Shown here: positions 20,103-25,479 of the stretch, one piece after another | Layout: every line of letters starts with the position of its first letter | Position numbering within the stretch: position 1 is the first letter of the stretch | Source: a virus | Taxonomy: Duplodnaviria; Heunggongvirae; Uroviricota; Caudoviricetes | IMG/VR virus record: IMGVR_UViG_2531839473_000011 | Span: 1 to 25,479 of that record | Strand: one strand, 5' to 3' | Length of the DNA stretch: 25,479 bases | Notes under the pieces: model-generated | What the model was told of the DNA's origin: nothing | What the model saw: the letters and a program-made list of their open reading frames with translations, nothing else | Databases searched by the model: none | Made by a program: the position numbers and the translations under genes

Positions 20103-21398
20103 ATGGCTACTTGGCAAGGATCAAATGGCGGATTGTTAGCTGGTATCGGCGGCGTCAACTCAAACGCTCCGAGCGTAAATGACATCGGCAATACGCTTCA
20201 GCTTATCAGGCAGAACAATGATATTGAGCGTTCAGGCGCTAACAATGTTGGGCTGACTGCTTTGCAAGGTCTTTCAGGTATTGCAGGGGTGTTTCAGCAG
20301 GAAAAGCAGGCTCAGCGGCAGAAAGAATTTCAGCAGGCGTACGCTAATGCTTATGCGTCTGGTGATCGCGGTGCTTTGCGTCAGTTGGCTACTCAATATC
20401 CAGACCAGATTGAATCCGTTCGTAAAGGCATGGGATTCATTGATGAAGATCAGCGTAATTCTATCGGCACCTTAGCGGCTGGCGCACGCCTTGCGTCATC
20501 GTCTCCAGAAGCAATGCAATCATGGCTGCAAAACAACGCCAAGGAACTGACTCGCGTCGGTGTTGACCCTAACAGCGTTGCTCAGATGTATCAGCAGAAC
20601 CCTTCAGGATTTGGTGAGTTTGTTGATCACCTTGGGATGGCTGCGCTTGGTCCGATTGATTACTTCAATGTTCAGGACAAGATGGCTGGTCGTGAAATTG
20701 ACCGAGGCAGACTGGCAGAGACAATCCGCAGCAATCAGGCCGGAGAAGCACTAACAGCTCGAGGTCAGGACATCCAGATACGTGGACAGAACATCAGCGC
20801 ACAGAATGCTGCTCTTTCCCGCGAAATACAAAGAGCAGAATTACAAGAAAAGGCTCTGGACAGACAAATAGCCAGAGAAAGCAATCAGTTAAAGCTTGAA
20901 GAGCTAAAACAGAAACAGGCAGATGTTCGGCAAAAGGCTGACATAGCCCGCGCTGACAGGCAGGCCGCTGCTCAGGGTGCAGTTGATACGTTCAGCACCG
21001 CGCTTGATTCTCTCAACGAGATAGAGCAAAGCCCCGGCCTTTCAAAAGCAGTAGGAATTCGCTCAGCGTTTCCGACAGTTCCTGGCTCTGATGCGGCTAA
21101 CTTTGAAGCAAGGCTCGACACCTTTAAAGCTCAAACATTCCTTCCTATGGTGCAGTCCCTGAAGGGTATGGGCGCTCTTTCAGATGCTGAGGGTAAAAAA
21201 TTATCCGATGCGGTTGGTGCCCTAAGCCCCAAAATGAGTGAAAAGGCTTTTCGTGACTCTATCGGAAAGATTAGAAATCAGCTTGAAAGCAAGTTGAGCA
21301 CTGTTAAAAAACAGTTTGATTATCAGGAGCCGGTGCAGAATATTCCAAGGCAACAATCTACTACTGGCAGTAACTTTTCTTCACTATGGGGTGATTAA
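20103..21398 (+). CDS. Ejection protein, gp20-type
   Basis: 431 aa, first of two large low-complexity proteins after gp7. Assigned by position and composition. Confidence 0.55.
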   Translation: MATWQGSNGGLLAGIGGVNSNAPSVNDIGNTLQLIRQNNDIERSGANNVGLTALQGLSGIAGVFQQEKQAQRQKEFQQAYANAYASGDRGALRQLATQYPDQIESVRKGMGFIDEDQRNSIGTLAAGARLASSSPEAMQSWLQNNAKELTRVGVDPNSVAQMYQQNPSGFGEFVDHLGMAALGPIDYFNVQDKMAGREIDRGRLAETIRSNQAGEALTARGQDIQIRGQNISAQNAALSREIQRAELQEKALDRQIARESNQLKLEELKQKQADVRQKADIARADRQAAAQGAVDTFSTALDSLNEIEQSPGLSKAVGIRSAFPTVPGSDAANFEARLDTFKAQTFLPMVQSLKGMGALSDAEGKKLSDAVGALSPKMSEKAFRDSIGKIRNQLESKLSTVKKQFDYQEPVQNIPRQQSTTGSNFSSLWGD

Positions 21399-23395
21399 TG
21401 GCTAAAGCATGGAAAGATGTTATCGCCTCTCCACAGTATCAGGCGTTAGCACCAGAACAAAAAGCGCAGGCTCAGGAGCAATACTTCAATGAAGTCGTGG
21501 CCCCGCAAGCCGGAGAAAATGCAGAGCAGGCTAAGCAAGCTTTCTATGCAGCCTATCCATTGCCATCTGTGCAGCCAGTGGAGACACAGCAACCAGTAGC
21601 ACAGCAACAACCACAGCAAAGTGGATTTATGTCTGATCTTGGTGAAGCAGTGAAAGAGACTGGTCGCGGACTGGTGCAGGCTGGCGTGAACGTGGCAAAC
21701 ATACCTGCATCAGTTGCCGATGCTGTAACAAGCGCGGCTGCATGGGCTGGCGGTAAACTCGGCATTGGCGATGGAACATATCAACCCGCGCCACGAGTAA
21801 CAACGCATGGATTAGAGCAGGACTTTGGCCTTCAGCAAGGTGCGCTGACTCCACAAACGACAGAGGGCAGGGTATTTGCTGAAGCATTGCCTTACCTCAC
21901 ACCTGCCGGCGTTGAGAGAGCGGCAACACAGGCACCAACACTTGCTGGTCGAATTGCTCAGGGTGCAACTCGCCTTCTCGCTGAAAACGCAGTTGGATCA
22001 CTTGCTGCAAACAGTGTGAAAGATGATGCGGAAGCACTAGCCACCGACTTAGGCGTTGGCGTTCTGGCTGGCGGAGCTATTAACGCTGCCGGACGTGGAT
22101 TAGGTGCTGCTTATCGTGGAGTTCGTGGTGCGATAGCGCCAGAAGCGCAACAGGCTATCAGGTTTGCAGAGCGTGAAGGAGTGCCTCTGCACACCACAGA
22201 CCTGTTACAACCTACTTCCCGCGTCGGAAAAATGGCGCAGACTACAGCAGAAAATATCCCTCTGGCTGGCACAAGCGGAATGAGAGCAACGCAACAGGAA
22301 GCGAGAAGCCAGTTGGTGCAGAGATTTGCTGATAAATTCGGTGAGTATGATCCAGCGGTTGTTATTGACAGCCTTAAAGCGAAAACATCAGGAATTCGTC
22401 GTGCTGCCGGTAATCGACTGGAGCAGGTTCAGAATGCTATGGCTGGAGTAAACATTCAGCCTGTGCGAGCAATTCAGCAGATTGATACTGAGATATCTAA
22501 CCTGCAGAAGCTTGGTAAGGTCGCTGATAACGAGACGATTTCAAAACTTCAATCCTATCGTGATGAGCTTATTCGCAATGCTGGTCCTGATGGTCCGGTA
22601 AATCTGGATTTGAAGCAATTAAGCGATCTGCGCAGCCAGTTCAGAATGGACGTGAAGGGGGAACGACCAGTGTTACCAAACCGTTCCGATGCTGCCATTC
22701 AGCGCGTTTACAAGGCGATGACAGACGATATCAATGGTGCCATTGGTCAGAATCTTGGCAATGATACTCTCCGTAAATATCAGCAGGCCAATGCCGTCTA
22801 CGCTGACGAAGCGGCGAAACTAAAGAATACCAGGCTGAAGAATGTTCTCATGAAAGGCGACCTGACACCGGAAGTTGTCAACAACATGCTATTCAGCAAG
22901 AACAAATCGGAAATTAAGACGCTGTATAACTCAGTTGGTCGTGTTGGCAGGGCGCAAATGCGCAATGGCATCATTGGAAAGGCGATGGAGAAATCTGGCG
23001 GATCCCCTGACCAGTTCCTTCGGCAGCTTAACATCCTGCAAAACCAGACTGGCATCACATTTAAGGGGCAGGACGCTGCTTATCTGAAAGGATTAAAAAA
23101 CTACCTGCAATCCACGCAGCAGGCTGCAAAAGCGGCAGTAACAACACCCACAGGGCAGCAAACTATCCCGTTCATAATTGGGTATGGGACGGCAATGAAC
23201 CCGGCGACAACTGGCGCAGCAGTAAGCTACGGACTTCTTACTCGCGCCTATGAGAGCGAGCCATTCAGAAATGCAATGCTACGAATGGCAAATACCCCAC
23301 GCGGATCAACAGCGTTTGAGAAAGCCATGCAGCAGGCACAAAAGGTAATTAACGCTATGACGCAGGGGGCTAAGTCTGATGCGTTGTCAGAATAG
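21398..23395 (+). CDS. Ejection protein, gp16-type
   Basis: 665 aa, immediately upstream of the tailspike. Assigned by position and composition. Confidence 0.55.
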   Translation: MAKAWKDVIASPQYQALAPEQKAQAQEQYFNEVVAPQAGENAEQAKQAFYAAYPLPSVQPVETQQPVAQQQPQQSGFMSDLGEAVKETGRGLVQAGVNVANIPASVADAVTSAAAWAGGKLGIGDGTYQPAPRVTTHGLEQDFGLQQGALTPQTTEGRVFAEALPYLTPAGVERAATQAPTLAGRIAQGATRLLAENAVGSLAANSVKDDAEALATDLGVGVLAGGAINAAGRGLGAAYRGVRGAIAPEAQQAIRFAEREGVPLHTTDLLQPTSRVGKMAQTTAENIPLAGTSGMRATQQEARSQLVQRFADKFGEYDPAVVIDSLKAKTSGIRRAAGNRLEQVQNAMAGVNIQPVRAIQQIDTEISNLQKLGKVADNETISKLQSYRDELIRNAGPDGPVNLDLKQLSDLRSQFRMDVKGERPVLPNRSDAAIQRVYKAMTDDINGAIGQNLGNDTLRKYQQANAVYADEAAKLKNTRLKNVLMKGDLTPEVVNNMLFSKNKSEIKTLYNSVGRVGRAQMRNGIIGKAMEKSGGSPDQFLRQLNILQNQTGITFKGQDAAYLKGLKNYLQSTQQAAKAAVTTPTGQQTIPFIIGYGTAMNPATTGAAVSYGLLTRAYESEPFRNAMLRMANTPRGSTAFEKAMQQAQKVINAMTQGAKSDALSE

Positions 23396-23559
23396 CTTTG
23401 CAAACACCAGGAACGTGCAAAAACCAAATATATAGAGCGCAATATTCAACAGATCTCTTTGCATAGACTCATCTCATAATTAACAAATCATAACTGACAT
23501 TAGTGCAATGCTGGGCAAGTTGCATCTTGTTCGGCATTGCTACGTCCGGAGCAAATTAA

Positions 23560-25479
23560 ATGACAGACATTACAGCCAATGTTGTAGTGAGTATGCCTTC
23601 GCAACTCTTCACTATGGCGCGTTCTTTTAAAGCCGTAGCCAATGGTAAAATTTATATCGGTAAAATTGACACTGACCCGGTAAATCCTGAAAACCAGATT
23701 CAGGTTTATGTGGAGAACGAAGACGGCTCTCACGTTCCTGTATCGCAGCCAATCATCATTAACGCTGCTGGATATCCGGTATATAACGGACAAATTGCCA
23801 AGTTCGTCACTGTGCAAGGTCACTCGATGGCTGTGTATGACGCATTTAATGCACGACAGTTCTACCACCCAAATGTACTCAAGTACGATCCAGATCAATT
23901 CAAGCAGCAGCTAGCAAGCTCAGAAGATGGAATGGGTGACGCACTAGTTGCAGTTAAGCAGCCATATATCGGCTCAATAGCTTTAACTCAACATGATAAA
24001 AATACCAACTTCATTTCAGCCAAGGATTTCGGTGCAACAGCTGACGGAACTCTGCATCCACTCAGCGAGAAATTCTCCACACTATCAGCGGCGCAGGCTG
24101 TTTATCCATTCGTAACATCACTAACTCAGTCTCTTGACTATGCAGGCATACAGGCCGCAATTAATACAGGGCGGAATGTATTATTGACATCTGGAACTTA
24201 CTTCGTAAATGCAACGATAGAGATGAATTCAAACTGCACAATAAATGGCGAAACAAACAGCAACATAAATAGGCCGGAAACTTTCATAGCAGTAATAGGA
24301 AATATAGCTTGTTTCCATTACCACGCAGCGTTTAATACAATAAATATTGAAAATGTCTATATTTTTTACGATGGAGGACGCCCTACATCACCTACTGGCA
24401 ATGATGGTAAAATTGGCATTCTAATTGATGGAGGAACTACTTCACCAGGCGTTATGCACATTAAAAATGTTGAGGTTGATGGTGCATGGTGGGCCATATA
24501 TGATGACTCTGGAAATTACCTAACAAAGTATACCCAGGTATGGGCGAGGAGAGTTGCGCATGGTTTCTATAAGGCGAACGGAACGACAATACAGTGGGAT
24601 ACATGTTATGTGCTGGATGCAGCACAGGCATGGTATGTTGTAAATTGCCTGTCTCCTCAGCTAATAAACTGTGCAGGAGACCAGATCACAGTTGACGGGT
24701 CGCAATATACATTTGATTCCTCAGGGTTATATTTTTCTGGATGTAAGTGTCTTACTATTACAGGGTATGATGGTGAGTCTAATATAATAAAAAATACAAA
24801 TGGAATTACTGCGTCGTATATAAAACTTAATGATACTATTGCCCATATATCAGGATTGGCCGGGCATGGAAACTCAATGCAAACAACGGGGAGTGGGACA
24901 GCAGCATTTATCTTTGCAACAGGCACAAGCATTGTTAACATAAAATCAAGTACCGATAGCTTCCTTGATAGCGAATCAATAACCTACACTGGCTCTGGAT
25001 ACCCAAACACATTGCTGACAGACTCAACAGCAAAAATAATTGCTGAGGGATGCCGGTTTAAGGCTCCGACTGGTGGGACTCCTGTAATATCAACTTACAG
25101 CACAGGGAATGGAGTATTTACTGACTGCTCATTAACTGGGACGCAAACTTCAGGCTCATATGTTGAATCACGAAGCTCTGCAGGTAATCAGTTGCCAGCA
25201 GTGTACACAGCGAAAGGAACTCAGGCTGTTGCAGCTAACGTAGCAACTACGTTGTTTGAACTGCCAAATAGCCAAGGGATGTACCTGATAAGCGTTTGGG
25301 CAGAAAGCAGTGGAACAAATTTCTCTTCGCTTCAGCTTGCCATGTGGGACGGAACAACACTTACTTTAACTCCGCTTAAGTCAGGAGGGTTGATATCATT
25401 TACAGTGACAGGAAGGATTGTAACCATCACAAGCCAGGGAACAACAACATTTAACTGGACATACACCAAGGCAGGGTGA
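23560..25479 (+). CDS. Tailspike protein: P22-type N-terminal head-binding domain fused to a different receptor-binding domain
   Basis: The first ~110 aa resemble the P22 gp9 head-binding domain as I recall it. The remainder is G/S/T/N-rich with a KDFGATADG-type motif seen in beta-helix glycanases. The ORF ends with TGA at the last three bases of the window. Confidence 0.85.
   Translation: MTDITANVVVSMPSQLFTMARSFKAVANGKIYIGKIDTDPVNPENQIQVYVENEDGSHVPVSQPIIINAAGYPVYNGQIAKFVTVQGHSMAVYDAFNARQFYHPNVLKYDPDQFKQQLASSEDGMGDALVAVKQPYIGSIALTQHDKNTNFISAKDFGATADGTLHPLSEKFSTLSAAQAVYPFVTSLTQSLDYAGIQAAINTGRNVLLTSGTYFVNATIEMNSNCTINGETNSNINRPETFIAVIGNIACFHYHAAFNTINIENVYIFYDGGRPTSPTGNDGKIGILIDGGTTSPGVMHIKNVEVDGAWWAIYDDSGNYLTKYTQVWARRVAHGFYKANGTTIQWDTCYVLDAAQAWYVVNCLSPQLINCAGDQITVDGSQYTFDSSGLYFSGCKCLTITGYDGESNIIKNTNGITASYIKLNDTIAHISGLAGHGNSMQTTGSGTAAFIFATGTSIVNIKSSTDSFLDSESITYTGSGYPNTLLTDSTAKIIAEGCRFKAPTGGTPVISTYSTGNGVFTDCSLTGTQTSGSYVESRSSAGNQLPAVYTAKGTQAVAANVATTLFELPNSQGMYLISVWAESSGTNFSSLQLAMWDGTTLTLTPLKSGGLISFTVTGRIVTITSQGTTTFNWTYTKAG

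Overview
This window is the right arm of a mosaic lambdoid prophage, running from the replication genes to the tailspike, almost entirely on the + strand. In order: the inner end of an IS3-family insertion sequence (1-479, minus strand), a cII-like regulator, a lambda O-like initiator with an internal iteron origin, a DnaB-type helicase, a nin region (NinB, NinD, NinE, Rha/ANT-like, DUF1364, RusA, NinH), a Q antiterminator, a lambda-type lysis cassette (S, R, Rz/Rz1), then a P22-type morphogenesis block (small terminase with a pac-like site, large terminase, portal, scaffold, coat, gp4, gp10, tail needle, ejection proteins) and a chimeric tailspike. Family assignments rest on recognising the translated ORFs and their order; no database search was run. 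I found no tRNA, rRNA or CRISPR array. I could not identify a clear new multi-gene system. The best candidates for something undescribed are a small ORF carrying a perfect (GAACCA)12 hexanucleotide repeat between coat and gp4, a three-ORF cassette of unknown function after the helicase terminator, and the low-GC receptor-binding part of the tailspike. The IS insertion 43 bp upstream of cII suggests the prophage may be defective.
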